Assembly: GCA_964291315.2 (NCBI GenBank)
Contig: OZ219752.1
Location: 299,968 to 363,967 of the forward strand
Source of the DNA: Candidatus Poribacteria bacterium
GTDB lineage: Bacteria > Poribacteria > WGA-4E > WGA-3G
Reading direction: 5' to 3'
DNA: 64,000 nt
Position 1 is the stretch's first letter; each line of letters starts with the position of its first letter. The translations under genes were made by a program, and so were the position numbers. The notes under the pieces were generated by a model that worked only from the letters and a program-made list of their open reading frames with translations, had not been told where the DNA came from and made no database searches. Positions 1 to 9,200 of this stretch are shown piece after piece.

Positions 1-2
1 AA

Positions 3-1619
3 GCGCTCGTCCATGGATCGCAACTTCAGCTACTTGAAAGAAGTCAACAGACCCAGATTTTAAACCGGTTTGACGAGCTTTGTGCCCAATTTGACATCGT
101 AGAGGAAAAGAAAATTGCCCAATTTCGCAGATTGATCCGTTGTGGGATTGCCTATCATCATGCGGGGATGCTGCCCACACTCAAAGAGGTTGTAGAACGC
201 TTGTTCACCTCTGGATTGATCCAACTCCTCTTTACCACTGAAACTTTTGCTGTCGGTATTAATATGCCTGCCTGTTCTGTCGTCTTTGATAGTCTAAAAA
301 AATATGATGGAATCGGATTTCGACCCCTCAAAGCACGGGAATATCACCAAATGTCCGGACGTGCCGGTAGACGCGGCATTGACCCTATCGGCTATGTCTA
401 TGCCCAGATTGTACCCGAATATGCTGATTCAGAAGAAATTCGAAGCGTTGTTGCTGATAAGATAGAGCCTATCGAAAGCCAATTTAATCTCTCCTATTCC
501 AGTATTCTCAATCTTTATCAGAGATATGGAGAGGGGATTTACGATATCTATACGATGAGTCTGAGCAATCACCAAAACTACGTGCGTGTCGCAAAACTCA
601 ACAAAGAAATTGAGACCAAAACAGAGAAGCTCCAAGGGCTACCTGAGCCTGAGTGTATCCATGAGGGGATCAATGGAATCAAACAGATTGGGCAACATTA
701 TCGCCAAAATAGAGAGCGTGAAAAGGAACGTCAACGTTTATACGCAGAGCGGGCGCAAATCAGATCCGAAATTCGAAAAAAGAGGCGGAAAAAAGCGCAA
801 AATAAAAGATTAAAGGCAGTTCAACGAAAGATAAACCTGTTGCAGCGAAGAGCGGAGCCGAGCCTTTGTGATGCCTGTCAACACTTAAACACATGCACTA
901 CAAGATATAAAGCCATCCGGAAAGAGGAGGTGCGCCTCCAAAAACTCAAAGAGAGAACGACACGCATTGAAAACAACCCGATGGCGCAAATAATAGCTCG
1001 TCTCAGAGTACTTAAGGAATTAGGTTACATTGAAGCCGAAGCGCTGCTGCCGAGGGGCAGTACGGCTGCACACATTTCTGGATACGAGCTCGAATTAACC
1101 CAGCTCCTCCTTAACGGATTCTTTGAGAGACTGACGGAAGATGAAATTAACTGCCTCATAGTCGCAATCGTCTCTGAACCGCGTAAAGATGGGTATTTTA
1201 AGCCCCTCAAGGATCCACACTTGTTGGAGGTCCTCTATGCCGTCAACTCCGAAATTTCGTTCATCCAATCTTTAGAGAATAAACACGGCGTGACAGAAAT
1301 CACCCCTCTCTTGGAACTACGGTTTTGCACGGCGATGCTGGCCTGGAGCCGAGGGTGTCGCTTCGACATGCTTGAAAAGTATGCGCGCGTGGATGCTGGC
1401 GATTTTGTCCGAACCTTTCGGCTCGTCATCGATCAACTCCGTCAAATGTGCCGTGCAATGAGTGGACACACCGCTCTAGTTGATAAGCTCAACCGATGTA
1501 TTGAAAAAATCAATAGGGACGTTGTCGACGCGGAACGCCAATTACGGATTACACAAGAAAATCTTGATGAAGCAGACAGTAAGGCTGCTGAAGAGACGTT
1601 ACGAAAAAAGGCATTGTAA
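3..1619 (+). CDS. Ski2/HelY-like DEAD/DEAH-box RNA helicase, 5' end outside the window
   Basis: Frame is open from base 3. Motifs GIAYHHAGMLP, TETFAVGINMPA, QMSGRAGRRGID and SQF, plus a DSHCT-like C-terminus (AWSRG...GDFVR...INRDVV). Confidence 0.9.
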   Translation, partial: ALVHGSQLQLLERSQQTQILNRFDELCAQFDIVEEKKIAQFRRLIRCGIAYHHAGMLPTLKEVVERLFTSGLIQLLFTTETFAVGINMPACSVVFDSLKKYDGIGFRPLKAREYHQMSGRAGRRGIDPIGYVYAQIVPEYADSEEIRSVVADKIEPIESQFNLSYSSILNLYQRYGEGIYDIYTMSLSNHQNYVRVAKLNKEIETKTEKLQGLPEPECIHEGINGIKQIGQHYRQNREREKERQRLYAERAQIRSEIRKKRRKKAQNKRLKAVQRKINLLQRRAEPSLCDACQHLNTCTTRYKAIRKEEVRLQKLKERTTRIENNPMAQIIARLRVLKELGYIEAEALLPRGSTAAHISGYELELTQLLLNGFFERLTEDEINCLIVAIVSEPRKDGYFKPLKDPHLLEVLYAVNSEISFIQSLENKHGVTEITPLLELRFCTAMLAWSRGCRFDMLEKYARVDAGDFVRTFRLVIDQLRQMCRAMSGHTALVDKLNRCIEKINRDVVDAERQLRITQENLDEADSKAAEETLRKKAL

Positions 1620-1955
1620 TGAAAAACGAATTGTATTACAATAGAGCACTTGCACACGGTGCTGTTTTATGCTCAAAACCGCGTAAGTCCGAAACGATCG
1701 GATAGCCAAGCATATCCTTCGTTTGATTGAACGGGTGATTACAGTGAGCAGAGAGGCGATGTTGATTGTTAGTCAATTGCCGGCATTTAGTAAGAAGAGG
1801 CATCGTCGGGTTTCCAGCTCACAATCTACCAGCAGCTTGCAAGGTGTATAGAAAATGTTACACTTTCCGCGAAATTGTTTTTTTACAACAAAAAAAAAGA
1901 ATGCGGATTAACCCGCTTATTCACTGTGTTTTCTGCCCATAACACCTCTACTCCT

Positions 1956-1977
1956 AATGTTACACCAGTGTAACATT
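1956..1977. promoter_or_regulatory. Perfect inverted repeat AATGTTACAC-CA-GTGTAACATT, candidate operator
   Basis: 10-bp arms with a 2-bp spacer. A further AATGTTACAC half-site lies at about 1854-1863, upstream of the paralog array. Confidence 0.45.
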
Positions 1978-2107
1978 TTTACACGGAGAATTCATTACGC
2001 CGGTCTAAGGATTTCTGCTAACATGTCACGTCAGCGATCGGATTTGCTTCTCGCCATAGGTTGACCTATAAAAGTATTACATATTATACATAAAACAGTG
2101 TTTTTCC

Positions 2108-2136
2108 TTGACAGAAACTATATTATCTCATAAATT
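2108..2136 (+). promoter_or_regulatory. Candidate sigma-70 promoter of the array
   Basis: TTGACA-N17-TAAATT, about 135 nt before the first paralog. Confidence 0.5.
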
Positions 2137-2270
2137 CTATTGTAGAGACACGCTGCGGTTTGCCTCGGTCTCCTGCTTCCGAGAGAACACGAAGAAGCGC
2201 ACCGCTAGAGGCATTGTGAGTCTCACACATTAGCAATAAAGTCTAGTGGAGAAAAAAGGATAATAACATA

Positions 2271-2975
2271 GTGTTGAAGCAACTGTTATCAGACAAGCGT
2301 ATTTTATGCGGTTTTATCTGTGTGTTGGTGCTGGTTGTTGGCGGCGTGGTATATGAGAGATCGGTGAAACAGCAAGCCCGCCGCGATATCCGACGCACTG
2401 AAAAGATCGTCAAAGAGAGGCAACGTCAGGAGACCGGCTCTCAGCCCACAGAGAGTGGTCACTACCATTCGGATGGAACATATCACACAGGCTCACATGA
2501 AGCACCGGCCGGCACGACTGCCCCGTCAGAAGAGGGTAAGAAGAGCGGTATAGCTCCTGAGCGTGTGATATGGACAGGCAAGCCCCTGCGTGAGGTGTCC
2601 GCACCCGATCCGCTGAGTCCCGCGGAGCGCAAAGCACGCAATGCGAAGATCCAAGCACTCAATATACAGATACAGAAACTCAGAGGCGTAACAGAAGCAA
2701 AAACCGTCGAGTGTGATGAACGCATTAAGGCATCTTCTAAAATCCTCAGGGAAAGGGAAGCAATCTCGGCAGAGCTGGACGCATTCCTCGTTGCAGAGGA
2801 TCGCACTGCGGAAGAACAAGCACGCTTTGATGCACTTTTAAAACAGTATTTAGAATTGCGCAACCTCTTTCATGAAAAGCACGCCATCGCTAAGCAAACG
2901 CTAGAAGAGAAGCGCACACTTCTTGAAAATCTCTATAGACTTGAAACGGATCGCGATGCGTTACGACGCCGATAA
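2271..2975 (+). CDS. Membrane-anchored His-motif/coiled-coil protein, paralog 1 of 7 (234 aa)
   Basis: N-terminal hydrophobic helix, GHYHSDGTYHTGSHE, conserved WTGKPLREVSAPDPL linker and a heptad-rich C-terminus. Confidence 0.85.
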   Translation: MLKQLLSDKRILCGFICVLVLVVGGVVYERSVKQQARRDIRRTEKIVKERQRQETGSQPTESGHYHSDGTYHTGSHEAPAGTTAPSEEGKKSGIAPERVIWTGKPLREVSAPDPLSPAERKARNAKIQALNIQIQKLRGVTEAKTVECDERIKASSKILREREAISAELDAFLVAEDRTAEEQARFDALLKQYLELRNLFHEKHAIAKQTLEEKRTLLENLYRLETDRDALRRR

Positions 2976-2987
2976 GGAGGCATGTTG

Positions 2988-3035
2988 ATGAAGCACAGAC
3001 GTATTGTAGTTGCAATAATATTAGGTTTGATGTAA
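2988..3035 (+). pseudogene. 15-codon stub MKHRRIVVAIILGLM*, a truncated signal-peptide-like remnant; also at 3793-3840, 4598-4645, 5401-5448 and 10892-10939
   Basis: Follows TAAGGAGG with the same 12-nt stop-to-ATG spacing as the 6206 gene, and aligns without gaps to its start MNRKYTVTVFLCGLF. Confidence 0.6.
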
Positions 3036-3075
3036 TGTAAAGTTTACGGACTTAACTGAAAAGGAGAAGGATGTA

Positions 3076-3780
3076 ATGTTGAAGCAACTTTTATCGGACA
3101 AGCGTATTTTAGGTGGGCTTATCTGTGTGTTGGTGTTGGTTGTTGCCGGCGTGGTATATGAGAGATCGGTGAAACGACAAGCCCGCCGGGATATACAGCG
3201 CCCTGAAAAGATCGTCAAAGAGAGGCAACCTCGGGAGACCGGCTCTCAGTCCGCAGAGAGTGGTCACTACCATTCGGATGGCACATATCACACAGGCTCA
3301 CATGAAGCACCGGCCGACACGACTGCCCCGTCAGCAGAGGGTAAGAGGAGCCGTATAGCTCCGGGAGATGTGATATGGATGGGCAAGCCGCTGCGTGAAG
3401 TGTCAGCACCCGATCCGCTGAGTCCCGCAGAGCGCAACGCACGCAATGCGAAAATACAAACACTCAATACACAGATACAGAAACTCAAACGCATAACAGA
3501 AGCACAGACCAACGAGTGGTTGGAACACCTTAAAAAATATCCTAAAATCAGCCGAGAAAAAAGGGCAATCTTGGCTGAGAAGGATAAACTCCTCGCTGTA
3601 GAAGATTGGACTGCGGAAGAACGAGCCCGCTATGACGCACTTTCAAAAAGGTTTGAAGAATTGAACGATCTAAGTGACAAAAGACGCGCTATCTCTGAGC
3701 AAATGCAGGAAGAGAACCTCCAGCTTCTTGAAAAGCGCGATGCCCTTGAAGCGGAACTGAGTGCCTTACGGCGCCGATAA
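3076..3780 (+). CDS. Paralog 2 of 7 (234 aa)
   Basis: Same architecture; AAGGAG RBS upstream. Confidence 0.85.
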   Translation: MLKQLLSDKRILGGLICVLVLVVAGVVYERSVKRQARRDIQRPEKIVKERQPRETGSQSAESGHYHSDGTYHTGSHEAPADTTAPSAEGKRSRIAPGDVIWMGKPLREVSAPDPLSPAERNARNAKIQTLNTQIQKLKRITEAQTNEWLEHLKKYPKISREKRAILAEKDKLLAVEDWTAEERARYDALSKRFEELNDLSDKRRAISEQMQEENLQLLEKRDALEAELSALRRR

Positions 3781-3880
3781 GGAGGGATGTTGATGAAACA
3801 CAGACGTATTGTAGTTGAAATAATATTAGGTTTGATGTAATGTAGCATTTACTAACTTAACTAAAAAGGAGAAGGATATA

Positions 3881-4585
3881 ATGTTAAAGCAATTGTTATC
3901 GGATAAGCGTATTTTATGCGGTTTTATCTGTGCTTTGGTGCTGGTTGTTACGTCGCTGGTGTATCAGGGATCTGTGAAACGGCAAGTCCACCGAGATATA
4001 CAACGCACTGAAAAGATCGTCAAAGAGAGGCAACGTCAGGAGACCGGCTCTCAGCCCACAGAGAATGGGCACTACCATTCGGATGGCACATATCACACAG
4101 GCTCACATGAAACACCGTCTGGCATGACTGCCCCGTCAAAAGAGGTTGAGAGGAGCGGTATAGCTCCTGAGAGTGTGATATGGACAGGCAAGCCGCTGCG
4201 TGAAGTGTCAGCACCCGATCCGCTGAGTCCTGCAGAGCGCAAGGCACGCAATGCGAAAATACAAGCACTCAATACTGAGATAAAGCAACTTGTGCGCGCA
4301 ACGCGGGCACACATGCACAAGTATAATGAACAAGTTGACAAATATCCCAAAATCAGGCAAGAAATAAAGGCAATCTCGACAGAGTTGGACACTTTCCCCG
4401 CTGCAGAGGATCGCACTACGGAACAACAGACACGCTATGACACCCTTTTAAAACGGTATTTAGAATTGGAGAACCTTGCTGACGAAGTTCTCACTATCGC
4501 AAATGAAATGCGGGAAGAGAGCCGCCAGCTTCTTGAAAATCTCGATCCACTTGAAACGGAGCTGAGTGCGTTACGGCGCCAATAA
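3881..4585 (+). CDS. Paralog 3 of 7 (234 aa)
   Basis: Same architecture. Confidence 0.85.
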   Translation: MLKQLLSDKRILCGFICALVLVVTSLVYQGSVKRQVHRDIQRTEKIVKERQRQETGSQPTENGHYHSDGTYHTGSHETPSGMTAPSKEVERSGIAPESVIWTGKPLREVSAPDPLSPAERKARNAKIQALNTEIKQLVRATRAHMHKYNEQVDKYPKIRQEIKAISTELDTFPAAEDRTTEQQTRYDTLLKRYLELENLADEVLTIANEMREESRQLLENLDPLETELSALRRQ

Positions 4586-4683
4586 GGAGGGATGTTGATG
4601 AAACACAGCCGTATTGTAGTTGAAATAATATTAGGTTTGATGTAGTCTATACTTCAGGAACTGAAAAGTAGGAGCATAACAAA

Positions 4684-5388
4684 GTGTTGAAGCGTCTATT
4701 ATCAAACAAGCGGATTTTGGGTGTGGTTGTCTGTGCTTTAGTGCTGGTTGTTGCCGGCGTGGTATATGAGAGATCGGTGAAACAGCAAGCCCAACGCGAT
4801 ATCCGACGCACTGAAAAGATCGTCAAAGAGAGGCAACGTCAGGAGACCGGCTCTCAGTCCGCAGAGAGTGGTCACTACCATTCGGATGGCACATATCACA
4901 CAGGCTCACATGAAGCACCGGCTGACACGACTGCCCCGTCAGAAGAGGTTGAGAAGAGCGGTATAGCTCCTGAGAGTGTGATATGGACGGGGAAGCCGTT
5001 GCGTGAGATTTCGGCACCCGATCCGCTGAGTCCCGCAGAGCGCAACGCACGCAATGCGAAAATACAAACACTCAATACACAGATACAGAAACTCAAACGC
5101 ATAACAGAAGCACAGACCAACGAGTGGTTGGAACACCTTAAAAAATATCCTAAAATCAGCCGAGAAAAAAAGGCAATCTCGGCAGAGCTGCGTGCACTCC
5201 GCGCTGCAGAGGATTGGACTGTGGAAGAACGAGCTCGCTATGATGCACTTTCAAAAAGGTTTGAAGAATTGGGCGATCTAATTGACAAAATTTTCTCCAC
5301 CTCTGATCGGATGCAGGAAGAGAACCTCCAGCTTCTTGAAAAGCGCGATGCCCTTGAAGCGGAGCGCGATGCGCTGCGGCGCCGATAA
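4684..5388 (+). CDS. Paralog 4 of 7 (234 aa)
   Basis: Same architecture; GTG/TTG start after a second spacer type. Confidence 0.85.
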   Translation: MLKRLLSNKRILGVVVCALVLVVAGVVYERSVKQQAQRDIRRTEKIVKERQRQETGSQSAESGHYHSDGTYHTGSHEAPADTTAPSEEVEKSGIAPESVIWTGKPLREISAPDPLSPAERNARNAKIQTLNTQIQKLKRITEAQTNEWLEHLKKYPKISREKKAISAELRALRAAEDWTVEERARYDALSKRFEELGDLIDKIFSTSDRMQEENLQLLEKRDALEAERDALRRR

Positions 5389-5488
5389 GGCGGAATGTTG
5401 ATGAAGCACAGACGTATTGTAGTTGAAATAATATTAGGTTTGATGTAATGTAGAGTTTACGCACTTAACTAAAAAGGAGAAGGATATA

Positions 5489-6193
5489 ATGTTAAAGCAA
5501 CTGTTATCAGACAAGCGTATTTTATGCGGTTTTATCTGTGTGTTGGTGTTGGTTGTTGCCGGCGTGGTATATGAGAGATCGGTGAAACAGCAAGCCCAAC
5601 GCGATATCCGACGCACTGAAAAGATCGTCAAAGAGAGGCAACATCGGGAGACTGGCTCTCAGTCCGCAGAGAATGGGCACTACCATTCGGATGGAACCTA
5701 TCATACAGGATCACATGAAGCACCGGCAGACACGACTGCGCCCTCAGGAGATGGTAAGAGGAGCAGTATAGCTCCTGAGCGTGTGATATGGACAGGGAAG
5801 CCGCTGCGTGAAGTGTCAGCACCCGATCCGCTGACTCCCGCAGAGCGCAAAGCACGCAATGCGAAAATACAAGCACTCAATACACAGATACAGAAACTCA
5901 GACGCATAACACAAGCAAAAACCGTCGAGTGTGATGAACGCATTAACGAAACTGATAAAACCCTCAGCGAAATCGATACAATCTCGGCAGAGCTGCGTGC
6001 ACTCCACATTACAGAAGATTCGACTGCGGAAGAACAAGCACGCCATGACGCACTTTTAAAACGGTATTTAGAACTGCACAACCTCGCCCGCGAAAGGAAC
6101 GTCATCGCTAAGCAAACGCTAGAAGAGAAGCGCGCACTTCTTGAAAATCTCGATGCTCTTGAAGCGAAGCTTAGCGCTTTACGTGGTCGATAA
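5489..6193 (+). CDS. Paralog 5 of 7 (234 aa), directly upstream of the large Cys/His protein
   Basis: Same architecture; its stop codon overlaps the TAAGGAGG RBS of the next gene. Confidence 0.85.
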   Translation: MLKQLLSDKRILCGFICVLVLVVAGVVYERSVKQQAQRDIRRTEKIVKERQHRETGSQSAENGHYHSDGTYHTGSHEAPADTTAPSGDGKRSSIAPERVIWTGKPLREVSAPDPLTPAERKARNAKIQALNTQIQKLRRITQAKTVECDERINETDKTLSEIDTISAELRALHITEDSTAEEQARHDALLKRYLELHNLARERNVIAKQTLEEKRALLENLDALEAKLSALRGR

Positions 6194-6205
6194 GGAGGAA
6201 TATCG

Positions 6206-9200
6206 ATGAACCGAAAATATACTGTAACCGTTTTTTTATGCGGTCTTTTTTGCCTCCACACAGTGGCGCTCGTGTTAGCTAACAATGAAGAGCGAACCCA
6301 ATCGCAGAAAGATGCGGAAAGTAAATATGCCCAAGCACTTGATGGTTATCAAGACGCTCAAATTGCTAGGGGGAATGTTAAGATTGATGTTAGAGCTTTA
6401 GAAATAACTAGAGGATTGCTACAGAAGGAGATAAGTGATGAAAAGTTGGCAGCGTACGGTACGGTGCTCAACACGGCGGTGGCCTTGCTCACTGGGGCGT
6501 CTGCGGCGACCATAGCAACGAGAACGGCCGCAGCAATTGTCATTGGCAAGAGTGTTTCTGATATGGTCCGGACAATCCGTGACGCGCTGAAGGAGAATAA
6601 GAAAGCCACGCTTCATAAGTTGAAGCAAGGAATGTATAACTTGGAGACAGAGCTAATAGAAAGGACGAAGGTGGTTCAAGATGAGGCAGCTGATGCTAAC
6701 AGCGAGTTAGATGCTTGGAAAGCCGTAGAGCCCGGTGCGACGTATGACAAAAAGCCACTTGATGAACGGTATATTGATGTCGAAACAATGCATCCGGACT
6801 ACACTCGGACGTTGCCGGATCCGCCGACGTATCGTTCCGACACGACGGAAACGATTGCGTGCCCTGCCTGTCGTGATCAGGTCAAGCCGCCATATTTGAC
6901 AAAGATAGTGGTTTTATCCCCTGGTCTGATTATGGGTATAGAGAAAACGGTCAAAAGGTATCGGGGTCATGAGGTCACGTGTGCAGAGACGCGTCACTCG
7001 ACAGGCAAAGCGTGTGATGGTGAGTATTATAGTTGCTTGTCTCCGTATTCGAGTGCTTCCATAGTTTGCCCGAATGATGCGGATCACCGAGTTGTTGGCA
7101 CGTGTGGTGAGCTCAAGGGCTCTAGGTTTAAGAAGCATGAGTATGCGAAGGGTTCGCCTGGGAATCATGGCAAGAAATTGAAGACTTGTGGTTCTATTGG
7201 TATGAGGTGGGAGCAATCCGATGGAACGGTCACACGGCAGGTATGTAAGATTAAGGTTTTTCCATGTGCGCCGGCGCATGGTCGGCATAATTGGGATCTG
7301 GTGTCTTTTAAGAAGCTATCACTGAATTTGGGTTCGGGCAGTAATTATATTTGTGCCAATTCCTCGTGTTCCATGAGCGGTAGCAGTTCATCGGGCGACG
7401 ATGAAGACGACGAGGACGATACCGCTGACAATACCCAGGGCGGTTCCGAATACGGTATGGGTATGGATGTGCGTTCGATAAACGGTAGCGGTTCGCCGAA
7501 CGTCCCTCATCGAGAACAGGTTGCTCGAGCGTTAGCGTCTCGGGCGTGGAGAGCTTTACATTGGAACCACTCCGTCTCGCTAGGTATCTCTGCTGCACCG
7601 GAGCAGACTACCTCGCCGCTGAAGTTATCGTATGAGCATCAGCGGGTGTGTTCAGAGGGGCATAAGTATTGGCTCTGTGATGCATCACAGAGGTTGGGGC
7701 ATGCCCAATTGGTGTGTAGTCGTTCGGCGTGCGGGCAGGCGTTCACGCAGTGTTCTAACCACAGCTCAGCGTGTGTCGGGGGTTGGCATACCGGGGGTGC
7801 CGGTGATTTTTCCGAGACAGCAGATGCCTTGGCGGTGGTGTGTGGTAACCCGCACCGCAGGGATGGTGCGTGTGCATATGGGGGTCAGACCCCCTCGGTG
7901 AATGCTCATCGGACGACGTGTCTGGCAGGTCATACATATTGGTCGTGTAATGCGCAGGCGGTCCTAACGCATAGCAAACATACAGCCCGGCTTGTTACGT
8001 GTGGCAACTCGAACGCTGGGGAAGGAGCGTGTTCACAGGGGCGTCAAGCCGTCTCGTTGAATGCTCATCAGACGACGTGTCTGGCGGGTCATACATATTG
8101 GTCGTGTAATCCCGTGGCAAAACAGACGCATTCCTCTCACACCGCCTCATCCGGCGAAGGTACGGATGCTCCTAATACGGTTCCTGCTCGGGCTCCTGCA
8201 CCTACTCCTGCGCGCCCTCCGACGGGAGATGGTGCGTGTGGCAACTCGAATGCTGGTGCGGGTGCGTGTTCTGTGGGAGGCAAGGCGCCGTCAGCGAATG
8301 CTCATCGGACGACGTGTCTGGCGGGTCATACGTATTGGTCGTGTAATGCGCAGGCGGTTATAACGCATAGCCGACATACTGCGCCGCTTGTTGCGTGTGG
8401 CAACTCGAATGCTGGTGCGGGTGCGTGTTCACAGGGAGGCCGAGTCGTCTCGTTGAATGCTCATCAGGTTCGGTGTCTGGCGGGTCATACATATTGGTCG
8501 TGTAATCCCGTGGCAAAACAGACGCATTCCTCTCATACCGCCTCATCCGGCGAAAGTGCAAGTCTTTCTAAGATATCTTCTATGCTACTCCTGACGGGAG
8601 ATGGTGCGTGTGGCAACTCGAATGCTGGGGATGGTGCGTGTTCTGCGGGAGGCAGGGCGCCGTCAGCGAATGCTCATCAGATTCGGTGTTTAGCAGGTCA
8701 TACGTATTGGTCGTGTAATGCGCAGGCGGTTGTAATACATAGCCGACATACTGCGCCGCTTGTTGCGTGTGGCAACTCGAATGCTGGTGCGGGTGCGTGT
8801 TCTGCCGGAGGTCAAGCCGTCTCGTTGAATGCTCATCAGGCGCGATGTCTGGCGGGTCATACGTATTGGTCGTGTAATCCGTTAGCAAAACAGACGCATT
8901 CCTCTCATACCGCCTCATCCGGCGAAGGTACGGATGCTCCTCATCTGGCTCCTGTGGCACCCGATCCTAAACCGTCTCGGGCGCCTGCACCTACTCCTGC
9001 GCGCCCTCCGACGGGAGATGTTGCGTGTGGCAACTCGAATGCTGGTGCGGGAGCGTGTTCTGCGGGAGGCAGGGCGCCTTCAGCGAATGCTCATCAGGTT
9101 CGGTGTTTAGCGGGTCATACGTATTGGTCGTGTAATGCGCAGGCGGTTGTAAGGCATAGCCGACATACTGCGCCGCTTGTTGCGTGTGGCAACTCTAACG

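Larger units (their letters stand above)
2271..6193 (+). repeat. Tandem array of five ~805-bp gene units
   Basis: Starts at 2271, 3076, 3881, 4684 and 5489 (periods 805, 805, 803, 805). 5' halves and spacers are highly similar. Confidence 0.95.

Noticed and set aside
2976-5488. CRISPR array or integron attC cassettes suggested by the repeated spacers
   Set aside because: The period is ~805 bp and the intervening sequences are paralogous genes. There is no cas or integrase gene and no convincing attC inverted-core structure.
2304-6285. Recurrent 60-194 aa minus-strand ORFs in the array
   Set aside because: They are antisense shadows repeated only because the sense genes are repeated; no RBS or recognisable domain.
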